A stretch of 64,000 bases of DNA from Acidobacteriota bacterium (GTDB lineage: Bacteria > Acidobacteriota > UBA890 > WLXD01). The translations under genes were made by a program, and so were the position numbers. The stretch is taken from positions 4,544,001 through 4,608,000 of the forward strand of contig CBDFKD010000002.1 of assembly GCA_965248695.1 (NCBI GenBank). The letters are read 5' to 3'. Numbering within the stretch: position 1 is the stretch's first letter; every line of letters starts with the position of its first letter. Positions 47,747 to 58,397 of the stretch are shown piece after piece. The notes below the pieces were generated by a model. The model searched no databases. It worked only from the letters and a program-made list of their open reading frames with translations, and was not told the origin of the DNA.

Positions 47747-50423
47747 ATGTCACTTCGCGCCAAGGCATTGCTGACCCTCGCGCTCGTCGCGCTCGTCTCG
47801 CTGACGGCAAGCTACTTCATTCTCATGGCCGTCGTCCTGCCGGTGTTCAGCAGTCTGGAGGATCTCGCTGCCGAGGCCAACCTGGAGCGCGTGCAGCGCG
47901 CTCTCGAGGCGCAATTCGGCGAGGTCGCCGCAGCGAACCAAGAATGGTCTGTTTGGGATGCCACCGTGGAGTTCGTGCAAACTCGGAACGCTTCGTACGT
48001 CGAAAGCTCCCTCGGGGAAGCTCCGGGACAATACACCGGGATCGATCTGTTCCTGTTCTTCGACGCCCAGGGGTCGCTGGTCTTCGGCAGCCTCTATGAC
48101 TATGCGGCAGATCAGCAGTTGCCGCTGGGCGACTTCCGCATGAGCGCCATCGTACCCGAGCTTCTGGATCTTCCGACGCCCGACAGTCGCGCTCGGGGGT
48201 GGGTCGTGACGGGCCGCGGTCCGATGATGCTGAGCTCAGCACCGATCGTGGGCACGAACAACGTCGGGCCAGTTGCGGGAGTGCTGATTGTGGGGCGCTG
48301 GCTAACTCCGGCCCGCGTCGACACGGTGCGGCAACAGAGCCAAGTAGACGTCCAGATCTACCAGGCAGAGACGTCAGCGCTCCCGGAAGCCTTACAGTCG
48401 GTGCTCGGCAGCCTATCCAGCTCGACCGAGTCGATCCAGGTCGCCGCGAACGACAATAGCCTCACCACCTATCAACTGCTGAGGGACGTCGGCGGAGCGC
48501 CGGCGGTTCTTGTCGAGGTGCGGACCTTTCGGGAGATGAGCTACGCCGGTGCGCAGACTGTGCGCCTCGCGCTGGCGTTTCTAGCAGTTGCCGGGCTGGT
48601 GAGCCTCGCCGTGACCTGGCAGCTCCTGAAGCAGATCGTCGTGAAGCCCCTGACCGCGCTCACGACCGCGGCTGCGGACGTCTCCGAGCATCAAGACTAT
48701 GCGGTGCGAGTGCGCCGGCACAGCCAGGACGAGATCGGGCAGCTGGCCGACGCTTTCAACCAGATGCTCGGACAGATCCAGGAGCGTGACCAGCTGGTTC
48801 GCGAGGGCCGGACCCGAGCGGAAGACGCCAGCAGAGCCAAGTCCGCCTTCCTCGCGACGATGAGCCACGAGATCCGTACGCCGATGAACGGTGTCGTTGG
48901 CATGCTCGACTTGCTGCTCCGTTCTCCGTTGACCAGTACACAGGAGGACTACGCGCGCACTGCTGTTCGGTCAGCCGATAACTTGATGGAGATCATCAAC
49001 GACGTGCTGGATTTCTCCAAGATCGGGGCCGGCAAGCTCATTCTCGAAGAGCGCGTCTTCCAAACCCGTCGCTTGGTGGAGGACGCGGTGGGAATGTTCG
49101 CCGAGTCGGCCGAGAAGAAAAGCCTGGAGTTGACCTGGTTCGTCGATGCCGATGTACCGCACGCGTGTGTTGGTGACGAGACCCGGTTGCGTCAGATTCT
49201 GGTCAACTTCCTCGGAAACGCGCTCAAGTTCACCGAACAGGGAGAGGTAGTCGCCACGGTCGCCGTGGATGCCGAAACTGGCCGGGTCAGGTTCGCGGTC
49301 AAGGACACAGGCAGCGGAGTCGATGCCGAAGCGGAGACGACGATCTTCGCTCCGTTCGTGCAGGCCGATAGCACGGTGACGCGGACACATGGGGGAACCG
49401 GCCTGGGTCTGGCGATTTGCAAGCAGCTTGTCGACGGCATGGGCGGCGAGATCGGTCTCGACAGTTCGGTTGGTGAAGGGTCTACGTTCTGGTTCGCGGT
49501 GCCTTTGCCGGATGCCCCGGTAGACGCCACGACATTCGACCAGCCAGACGTGCGAGACCTGCAGGGCCTGCGGGTGTTGGTCGTTGACGACAACGCGACC
49601 AACCGAGAGATTCTCGTGCGTCAGACCGAGAGCTGGGGCATGAGCGTCGGCGCGGCGGAGGATGGGCCATCAGCCCTGAGGTTGCTGACGAGCTCCGCCG
49701 CGGATCGGTGCCCGTACGACGTGGCAGTCCTCGACATGCATATGCCCGGCATGAGCGGCTTGGAGCTTGCCGAGCGCGTCAAAGCCTCGCCCGCGATCCG
49801 CGATCTGAACATGCTCATGTTGACGTCACTGGCATCTGATCTCGATCCGCGCGAGATGGACCGGCTCGGCATCGTGAGATCGCTGACGAAGCCCGCCGGG
49901 CACGGGCGCCTTCGGGGAGCCCTCATCGAGGCCGTTCAGGACAATCCGCCGCAGGCGGCCGCTTCCTCGAACCGGTCGCCGGGCGACGGACCCGCCGCGG
50001 GGTCGTTCGGCCTGCACGTGCTGGTGGTCGATGACAGCGCCGTCAACGTCAAGCTGACGTCGCTCATTCTGAAGGCGCTGGGCTGTCAGGTCGGCGTTGC
50101 TACGAACGGTGCCGAGGCTCTGGATCAGCTTGAGCGAGCGACCTACGACGTCGTTCTGATGGATTGCCAGATGCCGATCATGGACGGATACACGGCAACT
50201 CGGGCGATTAGGCGACGTGAGGCCGAAGCCGGAGGCGATCGGATACCGATCCTGGGCTTTACGGCAAACGCGTTTCAAAGCGATCGTGACGCCTGCTTCG
50301 CGGCCCGGGATGGACGACTACATCACCAAGCCGGTCAAGATCGACCGGCTTCGCGAGGCACTGTCGCATTGGTGTTCCGGCGGTGCCCAGGCCAGCAAGC
50401 GAGAGTCCGGCGCCGCCGCCTAG
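47747..50423 (+). CDS. Hybrid sensor histidine kinase (CHASE4-HAMP-HisKA-HATPase-REC-REC) with a +1 frameshift near the C-terminus (~50305)
   Basis: WSVWDAT (CHASE4), DEIGQLADAFNQM, FLATMSHEIRTPMNG, GGTGLGL, two receiver domains; removing one C from CGGCCCG (50301-50307) restores CFAAGMDDYITKPV. Confidence 0.92.
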
Positions 50424-50450
50424 ATCGGTGGCGCTGCGGTGCGGGTTCCC

Positions 50451-50996
50451 CTACTTGAGCTGCACAAGCTGCTCGGGGTCTATCCGGATTACGAGGTAGG
50501 TGATGTCCTCTTGCAGCTCGCTGAACCCGTGCGCCACCCCGGCAGGGATGATGACGATGTCGCCGGCGGAGATTTGCCGACTCTCGCCGCCCCGGATGGC
50601 GCTGCCGAATGAACTCGGGCCGGTGAGTTGTTTGACGACGTTGCCGTCGGGGGGCAGCTGCCGGCGGTCGACCAGCTCCCCTCCGGTGACCAGGGTTCCG
50701 GAGCCGGATACCACCCGGTAGACCTCGGTTTGCTTGTCGTGCTCGATGGCACCGCCGGGAGCCGACGCCGGTCGTAGGACCACTCCCACGCCGACGTTGT
50801 AGCCGCCAGCGTCTACCATGCGGAACTGCACATCGCTCACTCGACCGTTGGGCGCCGCCTCGATGACGGCGCCGATGTCGGCATCGGCTATGAGGGTTGC
50901 GACCGCGGCCACGTCTGCCTGCGCCGGCGCGCCCTCGGTGGCAACCGCGAGGTGCAGGGCCAGCATGGTGATCAGGGTGGCGAACGCCGTGCTCAT
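50451..50996 (-). CDS. Secreted cupin-domain protein
   Basis: GGAGG RBS, signal peptide; EHDKQTEVYRVVSGSGTLVTGG, GDIVIIPAGVAHGF. Confidence 0.85.
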   Translation of the reverse strand: MSTAFATLITMLALHLAVATEGAPAQADVAAVATLIADADIGAVIEAAPNGRVSDVQFRMVDAGGYNVGVGVVLRPASAPGGAIEHDKQTEVYRVVSGSGTLVTGGELVDRRQLPPDGNVVKQLTGPSSFGSAIRGGESRQISAGDIVIIPAGVAHGFSELQEDITYLVIRIDPEQLVQLK

Positions 50997-51048
50997 GGGA
51001 GCCTCCTTGGCGGGAGATCTTTCAAGAAACCGGGAGTACCGAAGACAG

Positions 51049-52569
51049 CTACTCGAAGACCCAGGGCCCCAGCGGCACGTCGTCCTTGCAGCTGTCGTCG
51101 ACCTTTGCGGACGGATCTTCCAGAAAGCTCTTGATCATCTGTGTGCGGCAGCGGCCCGGGATTCCATGTCCCAGGGCCGAGAACTCCACTAGCTGCAGAT
51201 TGGGCATCGTCTGCGCCACATAGTGCCCCCATCGAATGCCGCAGCAGGAGTCGACCTGCCCGTGCAGCGAAAGGCCGGGGACATCGGAGTCGAAGCGATT
51301 GTTGTGCTCCGGGGGGACCGCTCCGTCGACACCCCACCAGGCGCAGATCTTGAGATCCTCGTAGCCGAGCAGGGCCGGCTCGCGCTCGAGCATGGCGAGG
51401 ACGTCGTCCTTGGTCGGACGGTTGGTGCCCATGTCTCCACAGATGTGGGCCAAGTAGTAGCCGTAGGGGAGCACCCCCGAGGTCTCGTCGGCCGAGACCT
51501 CGACCCATTGATCGGTAGCGAAGAAATCGTCCAGCGCCGAGTAGTCGTGGCGTCGGATCCTCGCCAGCACGTTCGGCAGCTTCATGTAGACGTTCTCGAA
51601 GTCGCGGTAGATCTTGCCCATCAGCGCGACGCCGTCGAACGACAGGGTTCGTTGTTCCCCGGCCGCGGTTTCGACGATGCTCAGGAACGGTCGCTCGTCG
51701 AGCGCGCGGCGGGCGCGATCGATCTCGTAGTACCAGGCGGGCAGCAGCTCGCGGCAGTGCGGATCGGAGGCCACACACTCGCCTAGAATATCGGTGGTCT
51801 TCTGCTTGACGGTGTAGAACTCGTCGATCGCGGCGCGGTTGCGGTACTCACCGAACCACGGCGCTCCCAAAATCATCGATCGCACGTTGTCCTGGTAGTA
51901 GCGCAGGTACGAGATCGCCCCGCCGCCGCCGGTTGACCATCCCAGGATGTTGATCTTGTCGTAGCCCAGCAGAGCGCGGATCTCGTCGACATCGCGTGCG
52001 ACGTCGTACTCGTTGTACTTCGAGACGTCGATGCCCTCTCCAACGAGCTTGTCGTAGCAACGCTCGACGGACTCGGCATGGATGCGCAGACGCTCACCGG
52101 TATCTATCGATGAGACGATCGCTGGCGACAGCTGGTTGAACCAGGGTGCTAGTTGACTCCCCGGACACTCGAGGTGTGGCTTGGCGTGGGCGAACCCGCG
52201 GTGATCGATGAGCACGAGCGACCGGTCGCCGGTGACCTCGTGGAGCCAGTCGAAGCTCCGAAGGGGCGATCCGCCGGGCCCGCCAGGAAAATAGAACAAC
52301 GGGTCGGAATCGCCACTTCCCGTCAGCGGCGGGATCACGCCCAAGGGCAGCTCGACGATCGTCCCGTTGGGACGGTCGCGGTCTTCCTGCCCGAAGAAGC
52401 GGTAGCAATCGGCGTTGGCGGATACCAGAGCCTCGGTGACGCACTCGGCGGCTTCGATCCGCGGGATCGTGGCCTCCTGCGCATCCAAGGGTCCGCAGAA
52501 CAGCATCATCAGGGCGCCGGCGAGTGTACGCGCGGCGGGCATCGCCGACGCTGCTCGGTAATGGCTCAA
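51049..52569 (-). CDS. Secreted alpha/beta-hydrolase (tripeptidyl-aminopeptidase-like)
   Basis: AGGAG RBS + TTG 52569; FPGGPGG, DHRG, ARDVDEIRALLGY, GWSTGG, GQVD, GHG; Cys-rich. Confidence 0.85.
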   Translation of the reverse strand: MSHYRAASAMPAARTLAGALMMLFCGPLDAQEATIPRIEAAECVTEALVSANADCYRFFGQEDRDRPNGTIVELPLGVIPPLTGSGDSDPLFYFPGGPGGSPLRSFDWLHEVTGDRSLVLIDHRGFAHAKPHLECPGSQLAPWFNQLSPAIVSSIDTGERLRIHAESVERCYDKLVGEGIDVSKYNEYDVARDVDEIRALLGYDKINILGWSTGGGGAISYLRYYQDNVRSMILGAPWFGEYRNRAAIDEFYTVKQKTTDILGECVASDPHCRELLPAWYYEIDRARRALDERPFLSIVETAAGEQRTLSFDGVALMGKIYRDFENVYMKLPNVLARIRRHDYSALDDFFATDQWVEVSADETSGVLPYGYYLAHICGDMGTNRPTKDDVLAMLEREPALLGYEDLKICAWWGVDGAVPPEHNNRFDSDVPGLSLHGQVDSCCGIRWGHYVAQTMPNLQLVEFSALGHGIPGRCRTQMIKSFLEDPSAKVDDSCKDDVPLGPWVFE

Positions 52570-52869
52570 TGGCGATCTCCTGGTCAATGGGCGTAGACAT
52601 GCGACAGTAGGATGGAGGCCCACCGCAAGGGACGCAACGGTATGGTCGGAATCAGGCATCTTGGATACGCCGTCCCGTTCGTGCTCAGCTCGGGGTCGGG
52701 GTCTGGTTTGATAGTCTGTAGAGCAACTTGGCTATCCTCCCCATGGCCAAAACATCACGGTGCCGGCTACGACCTCGCATCGGCGTGAGCCCCGCAGTTG
52801 AATCCTCACTCGGCCGGCAGTTAGCTTCTTGGTGAAGTCTGGGATGAACCTGCGCGCAGGAGAGTTTCG

Positions 52870-55182
52870 GTGAAAGAGCGCTACGACCCGATCCGGGTTC
52901 TCGGTCTCCTGTTGGCGTTGACCATCGCCGGGCTACCAGTGTCGAGCGACGCCGCGATCGCGGGTACTGGTTGGTACGCGGCATCGTTCCGAATGCCGTC
53001 GCAAGAGGCCGTGCCGGTGCAGCTGCCGCAGGCGCCGATGTTCCGGTCGGCGGTGACCCGCGTGCGTGTCGACGCCATCGTTACCGACAAGGACGGCAAC
53101 TTCATCGATGACATGGGGGCGGAAGACTTTCGCGTCTTCGAGGACGGCGTTGAGCAGGAGATTCTGAACGTCCAGTTCGTCAGCCTGACGAGCGGCCAGA
53201 TAAGGAACGTGGCCTCCCGCGCCGCCCCCGTACCATCGGAGAGCGGTCGCAGCGAGCCGGCCGAGGTGCAAGGTCCCGCCGCCGCGCCGACAGAAGCCGT
53301 GCCGATTCGACGGAGTCCTGCGAGACTGGGTGCGGTCGTTTATCTGGTCGACTTGCCCAGCCTCGATCGCGCCAATAAGCCGCGGCTCGCGAAGACGTTC
53401 GAGGAGTTTTTGGAGGGAGAGGGCGACCTGGACGTACCGCGCAGCGTGTACATGATCGACCAGGCCGCCGTGGTGAGGGAGCTGGCGCCCCTGACGACCG
53501 ATCGGGAAGTGCTGCGCAACGCAGCCGAAGCGGTGGCTGCAGCGAAGTTGACCAGCACGTCGATCTTCAGCCGTATGGAACGCGAGTACCAACCGTTGAT
53601 GCAGCAAGCGATCGACGCACAGAACTCGCCGACGGCCGGCATACTGCGGGCGGCCGATCCCACACCGATCCCTGTGCAAGAGATCGTCGAGAGGCTGGAG
53701 CGCAAGGCCCAGCGAGATGGCGAAATCGAACGTATGCGCGGTGAGCGAACGCTCCGAACGCTCCTGCAGTTCACCAACGCCCTTTCGGCGATGGAGGGCC
53801 GCACCGCCCTGGTGTGGATCTCGTCGGGCGCCATGATCAGCGAGGGCGGACCCTATTCGGCTTTTGCGGCGGCTGTACGGGAGGCGGTAGATGCCCCGAT
53901 CGGGACGTCGACGCTGGCGAGGACGGCCCCGGACAAGCGCATGCTCGACCTGATGGAGGAGGTCTACGAGACTGCGAACACTGGCAACGTCAGTATCTAC
54001 TCGGTCGACCCGCGGCCGATCTCGGCGCTTAACAACCTCGGTACGAGTGCTTCGATCGGTCAGGGCCTGGTCTCGACGGCGCTGCGGCGGCATGTTCGCT
54101 CGGCGTACCGCGACCTCACTGCGCCGCTGGTCGACGTGGCGACGAAGACCGGCGGGCGTGCGTTCATTGGCTGGGGCGACCTAGGCCGAGCTTTCGAGGA
54201 GCAGTACAACGACTCGACGCAGTTCTACCTGGTCTTCTACGAGCCACCGGCACCGCACGAGGACGGCGAGTACCACGAGATCGAGGTACAGGTGACGTAC
54301 CCGGATGCCGAGGTGCGAGCGCGCCCAGGCTATCGGGAGCTACCCGAATCCGAGCTCAGGACACGCAAGGTAGCGGCGGCGCTAGCGTTGCCCGGATCGG
54401 TCATCGGCCGCCCGGTGCCGGCGTCGGCGTTCCATCGGTTTGCTGCCGACGGCTCTGCCAAGATTCTACTTGTCGCCGGGCTGCCACGGCCGGCGGAGAC
54501 GGTCACCGGGAGCTGGGCGCCGGCATTCGGCGGCGTCTCGCCGGAAGAGATTCCCGAGGAGATGATCGACGTGCTCGGGATTCCCTTCTTCCGCGTGCAC
54601 GCGATCGCCCTGGATCGCGCTGGCAGCATCAGCGGCGAGACCCACGAGCTCGTACAGCCGCGCGCCGACCTGGCGGAGTACGCGCCCGATGCTGCCTTTC
54701 GACACTTCCGCTATACGACCGAGTGGGCCGTCGAGCCCGGGACCTACGATATCCGCCTCCTGATAGCCGAGGACGGCGGCGATCGTCTCGGCACGTCCAG
54801 GCTCGAGGTAAGCGTCCCGGCGAGTGAGGGCCGGTGGGTGATGGCCGACCCGATGTTGGTAGCGGTGGATACAGAGGATGGGCTCAGGCCGCTACTGGAC
54901 CAGGCGTTACCCGCCGGAATCCCGATCGCTGCGAGCGTTCAGGTCAGCGGCGCGACGAGCCCGCACGTCTCGGCGTCGATCTTCCACCGCGCCACGCGGC
55001 TCATGACCGCGGAGGTCCCGGCCCAGGCATTGCAGGCAGAGGGCCGCGGGGTACACGGCGGGGTGCTGCCGTTGCCCTATCTGGACCCCGATGAGTACTT
55101 GGTCGAGTTGCATGTGGTCGATACCACGGTCGACGGGCAGTCGGTGCGGCTGTTACCGCTGCAGGTGGTCGAGGGCAACTGA
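52870..55182 (+). CDS. VWA-domain protein of Acidobacterial type
   Basis: FRSAVTRVRVDAIVTDKDG, DFRVFEDG, GRTALVWISSG, NVSIYSVDPR, TGGRAF, DGEYHEIEVQV...VRARPGY. Confidence 0.87.
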   Translation: MKERYDPIRVLGLLLALTIAGLPVSSDAAIAGTGWYAASFRMPSQEAVPVQLPQAPMFRSAVTRVRVDAIVTDKDGNFIDDMGAEDFRVFEDGVEQEILNVQFVSLTSGQIRNVASRAAPVPSESGRSEPAEVQGPAAAPTEAVPIRRSPARLGAVVYLVDLPSLDRANKPRLAKTFEEFLEGEGDLDVPRSVYMIDQAAVVRELAPLTTDREVLRNAAEAVAAAKLTSTSIFSRMEREYQPLMQQAIDAQNSPTAGILRAADPTPIPVQEIVERLERKAQRDGEIERMRGERTLRTLLQFTNALSAMEGRTALVWISSGAMISEGGPYSAFAAAVREAVDAPIGTSTLARTAPDKRMLDLMEEVYETANTGNVSIYSVDPRPISALNNLGTSASIGQGLVSTALRRHVRSAYRDLTAPLVDVATKTGGRAFIGWGDLGRAFEEQYNDSTQFYLVFYEPPAPHEDGEYHEIEVQVTYPDAEVRARPGYRELPESELRTRKVAAALALPGSVIGRPVPASAFHRFAADGSAKILLVAGLPRPAETVTGSWAPAFGGVSPEEIPEEMIDVLGIPFFRVHAIALDRAGSISGETHELVQPRADLAEYAPDAAFRHFRYTTEWAVEPGTYDIRLLIAEDGGDRLGTSRLEVSVPASEGRWVMADPMLVAVDTEDGLRPLLDQALPAGIPIAASVQVSGATSPHVSASIFHRATRLMTAEVPAQALQAEGRGVHGGVLPLPYLDPDEYLVELHVVDTTVDGQSVRLLPLQVVEGN

Positions 55183-55217
55183 TCGCCGGAGCACGTGCGC
55201 TTGTTGCCAGACCAGAC

Positions 55218-56345
55218 ATGAGCGATCTCGTCTCCGCCCCAACACGCATCCCTCGCTTGGCATCCCTCGATGCGCTGCGGGGCTTCGACATGTTCTGGAT
55301 CATCGGCGGCGAGGGCATCGTCCATGCGTTGGCCGAGCTCACCGGCTGGTCGCTGGCGTTGTGGGCATCGCACCAGCTGCACCACGTCGAATGGGACGGG
55401 TTCGTCTTCTACGACCTGATCTTCCCGTTGTTTCTGTTCATTGCCGGTGTAGCGATGCCCTTCTCCTTGGTCGGGCGCCTGGAACGCGGCGACTCTCGGC
55501 GGGCGCTGAGCCTGCGCGTGGTGCGACGTGGCCTCCTGCTGGTGGCGCTCGGCGTCATATACAACAACGGGCTCTTCCAGGTCAGCGCAGAGCAGATGCG
55601 GTACCCCAGCGTACTGGGGAGAATCGGTTTGGCGTACATCTTCGCGGCGCTGATCGTGTTGAACGCCCGGTTGCGGGCGCAGATCGGCTGGTTCGTGGGT
55701 CTGCTGCTGGGTTACTGGGCCGCGATGGAGCTGATTCCGGTGCCCGGGTACGGCGCCGGTCAGCTGACGGTGGACGGCAGCCTGGCGGCCTTTCTTGATC
55801 GTCTGCTCATTCCCGGACGGTTACACCTGGGCGTACATGACCCTGAGGGACTGTTGTCGACCGTCCCGGCAATCTCCACGGCTCTCCTGGGCGCATTCGC
55901 CGGCTACCTGCTGCGCAGTGATCAGCCGAACCTCACGCGAGTTCGGAAGGCCTGGATCCTGGCCGCAGCCGGAGCAACAGCGTTGCTGCTGGGGTCGCTC
56001 TGGGATCCGGTGTTTCCGATCAACAAGAACCTGTGGACCAGCTCGTTCGTGCTGTATGCCGGCGGCTGGAGCCTTCTTCTCCTGGCGGCGTTCTATGCGG
56101 TTCTCGACGTTTGGGGCAAGCGGCGATGGGCCACGTTCTTCGTTGTTATCGGGATGAATTCGATTCTGATCTACATGGCAGGCTCGGTCATCGATTTCGC
56201 CTACACGACCGACTTCTTCGTGCACGGTCTGCTGCGACCGCTCAGCGAGCCTGCCGGCGCCACGCTCTGGTGGAGCAGCTTCGTTTTTGTCGAGTGGTTG
56301 TTCCTGTACGCCCTTTACCGGAAGCGCATCTTCTTGAGAATCTGA
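55218..56345 (+). CDS. DUF5009 / heparan-alpha-glucosaminide N-acetyltransferase-like (NagX-like) membrane protein
   Basis: RLASLDALRGFDM, HVEWDG, DLIFPLFLF, SVLGRIG, DPEGLLST, PINKNLWTSS, GMNSI. Confidence 0.9.
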   Translation: MSDLVSAPTRIPRLASLDALRGFDMFWIIGGEGIVHALAELTGWSLALWASHQLHHVEWDGFVFYDLIFPLFLFIAGVAMPFSLVGRLERGDSRRALSLRVVRRGLLLVALGVIYNNGLFQVSAEQMRYPSVLGRIGLAYIFAALIVLNARLRAQIGWFVGLLLGYWAAMELIPVPGYGAGQLTVDGSLAAFLDRLLIPGRLHLGVHDPEGLLSTVPAISTALLGAFAGYLLRSDQPNLTRVRKAWILAAAGATALLLGSLWDPVFPINKNLWTSSFVLYAGGWSLLLLAAFYAVLDVWGKRRWATFFVVIGMNSILIYMAGSVIDFAYTTDFFVHGLLRPLSEPAGATLWWSSFVFVEWLFLYALYRKRIFLRI

Positions 56346-56431
56346 GACGCTCACTAAGCGGAGTTCTCGCGCTGTAGAATCGAAGTACCCGACGCCACGC
56401 CACGGGTATCAACGGGCGGAGGATATTTCCG

Positions 56432-57400
56432 ATGAGATGCATGCACGCCGCGGCATTGGCACTAGCCGCGCTCGCAGCGACGTTGCCGCCGACCCCCGTT
56501 GCTGCAATGGCGCAGGAGGCCGCCCGCGAGCTCCAAGAGCAGACGATTCGCAGGGCGCAATGGCACATCCAGCATGACGAAGCGGACTTCGCCCTGCGTC
56601 TGCTCGAGGACCTCCTGAACGAGGACGACGAGGTCTGGACGGCACAGTTCCTGCGTGGCATGGCCCTTGGTCAGCTCGGAAAGGAGAGGGGAGCACTCGA
56701 GGCTTTCCTCCTCGCCGACGATCTGAATCCCGGGGTGGCGGACGTCTACGTCTGGGCCGGGATCGCATCCTTCGGAATCGGCGATTACGACACCTGCTGG
56801 GAACAGACGATCCGGGCCCATCAGGCGGGCCGCAACATGAGCCTCGAGATCGAACAGCTGAAAGAGGTTGCCGATCCACCAAGCGATCTGGCGAGGCGGC
56901 TCCGTGCGCCGCGCGCCTTCCTGGCTGAGATGGACACCTCTGTCAGACAGCACAATACGGGCCTGGACGCCGCGTTGTTGCTGGGTCAGGGGGAGCTGTT
57001 CACCGTCCAGCAGCAGCTCGGGCAAGCGGTGCGAGACTCACGAGCCTTTGGCCTGGTACGTGCTCGAGGGCTGGCGGATTATGTGATCGGCCTGACCGTC
57101 AGCGACTATGGCAACGCCGCGTATTCTGGCTCGGAGACGAAACCCGATAACCTGCCTGCCGAAGTCGTCGATCCCGACATCATGTCGCCCCACGCCAACC
57201 CGCTGACGCATCTGTCGGGGACGGAGGAGCCGCTGGCCCATGCGCTCGAAGGCCAGCTCGAGCTGGTGAACACGGTGACCGGTGCCGTTGCGTTTTCCGT
57301 TCCGTTGATCATTGAAGACGTCACCTCGGTCGGTGACCTGAGCCGCGAGTTGCGGCGCTACGTCGGCTACCTGGAACGCTGGGCGCAGGAGAACGGCTGA
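56432..57400 (+). CDS. Secreted TPR-repeat protein
   Basis: Signal peptide; AQFLRGMALGQLG..ALEAF..A..LNP TPR pattern. Confidence 0.75.
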   Translation: MRCMHAAALALAALAATLPPTPVAAMAQEAARELQEQTIRRAQWHIQHDEADFALRLLEDLLNEDDEVWTAQFLRGMALGQLGKERGALEAFLLADDLNPGVADVYVWAGIASFGIGDYDTCWEQTIRAHQAGRNMSLEIEQLKEVADPPSDLARRLRAPRAFLAEMDTSVRQHNTGLDAALLLGQGELFTVQQQLGQAVRDSRAFGLVRARGLADYVIGLTVSDYGNAAYSGSETKPDNLPAEVVDPDIMSPHANPLTHLSGTEEPLAHALEGQLELVNTVTGAVAFSVPLIIEDVTSVGDLSRELRRYVGYLERWAQENG

Positions 57401-57438
57401 TCTTGGCGGGCCAGCCCGGAACACGCCCGCGCCACGAG

Positions 57439-57458
57439 CATCTGTTACAGGGCACTAG
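57439..57458 (-). repeat. CTAGTG..CCTGTWACAG motif, copy 2
   Basis: The minus strand reads CTAGTGCCCTGTAACAGATG, starting on the TAG stop of 57455..58117. Confidence 0.55.
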
Positions 57459-58117
57459 AGGTTCGTGGCCGTCAGCGTGTATACGGCCCCCGCGCCGGCA
57501 ACCGAGTATGTTCCGGCCAGCGTGGCGCGGTTGAAGTTGAGCCGTAGCCGGACGTCGCCGACGATCGGATTGAACAAACCCGTCGGACCGAACGCTGTGC
57601 TGGTGCCCCAGCTACCACCGGATGTTCGGATACGTGTGTTTCTGACCACGATCCTCTTGCTGTTGTCGACCGCGTGGACGAGCCTCACGGTGCCCGCCGA
57701 CTTGGCGATGGCCACCTGTGTCTGACTACCGCTGTTGTTGATGGAACGGACCGCCCACACGTTGTTCAGGTGCATTACCACCCGGTTTCCCCGCGGATCG
57801 ACGGTCATGTCGGCACCATTGTTGACGATATCGACATCGCGGCCGAGCGTGACGCCTGTATTCGAGAGGCTGTCGGCACGAGCTCCCTGGTCCGCTGTGG
57901 CATTCAGCCATGCGGTGACGGTCGCCGCAGGAATTGTCAGGTTGAGCTGGCTGAAGTAGTGCAGGATCACTACGCCGTTCATGTCGATATCTACATCGGC
58001 CTGTTGTTGGGCGGAGGCGCCGGACGGAACGATCGCCAGGCTCAGCGCCAGCAGCAGCCAGACCCCGAGTGATGCGTGGCGAGGCCCCCGGCTCACGGTG
58101 TCGTGCTCATCAGGCAA
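57455..58117 (-). CDS. Secreted beta-rich hypothetical protein (possible pilin/fimbrial-like subunit)
   Basis: Signal peptide ending ASA-QQQ; N/T/G/S-rich; C-terminal LAGTYS...YTLTATNL; start uncertain. Confidence 0.6.
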   Translation of the reverse strand: MPDEHDTVSRGPRHASLGVWLLLALSLAIVPSGASAQQQADVDIDMNGVVILHYFSQLNLTIPAATVTAWLNATADQGARADSLSNTGVTLGRDVDIVNNGADMTVDPRGNRVVMHLNNVWAVRSINNSGSQTQVAIAKSAGTVRLVHAVDNSKRIVVRNTRIRTSGGSWGTSTAFGPTGLFNPIVGDVRLRLNFNRATLAGTYSVAGAGAVYTLTATNL

Positions 58118-58215
58118 GGTATCGGGCTCATCAGGCAGGCTCAGGACGGGGGGCGGCTCAACCGTTACCGGTGTCTTCTGTGGCCATCACCGGACACGAG
58201 AAGACATTAAGAGTC

Positions 58216-58230
58216 ATCTTGACGCAAGAT
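58216..58230. promoter_or_regulatory. Palindrome in AT-rich promoter region upstream of the pilin-like gene
   Basis: ATCTTG-ACG-CAAGAT within an AT-rich stretch at ~58200-58290. Confidence 0.3.
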
Positions 58231-58397
58231 CACATAGAATAAAATTGTTCCACTTCCGATCAAATCCAAAAAGCTCGCACTGCCTGAATTGTGCCGATGA
58301 CGTGAAGGTGGGCAAAAGGCCCGCTGTGGCACGTGCGAAGACGACGAGGGTGACTCGCGACTTGCCGCAGAGGCTGCTCAGTCCTCGGGCGCCAGCA

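Noticed and set aside
52615-52650. GGGACGCAA resembling a c-di-GMP-I riboswitch
   Set aside because: It lacks the GGCAAA-P2-GNRA arm and the downstream P3/P1 pairing.
58105-58137. Two CTGATGAG sequences (minus strand) resembling a hammerhead ribozyme core
   Set aside because: No GAAA after stem II; it is a 12-bp direct repeat that would encode LPDExDT.
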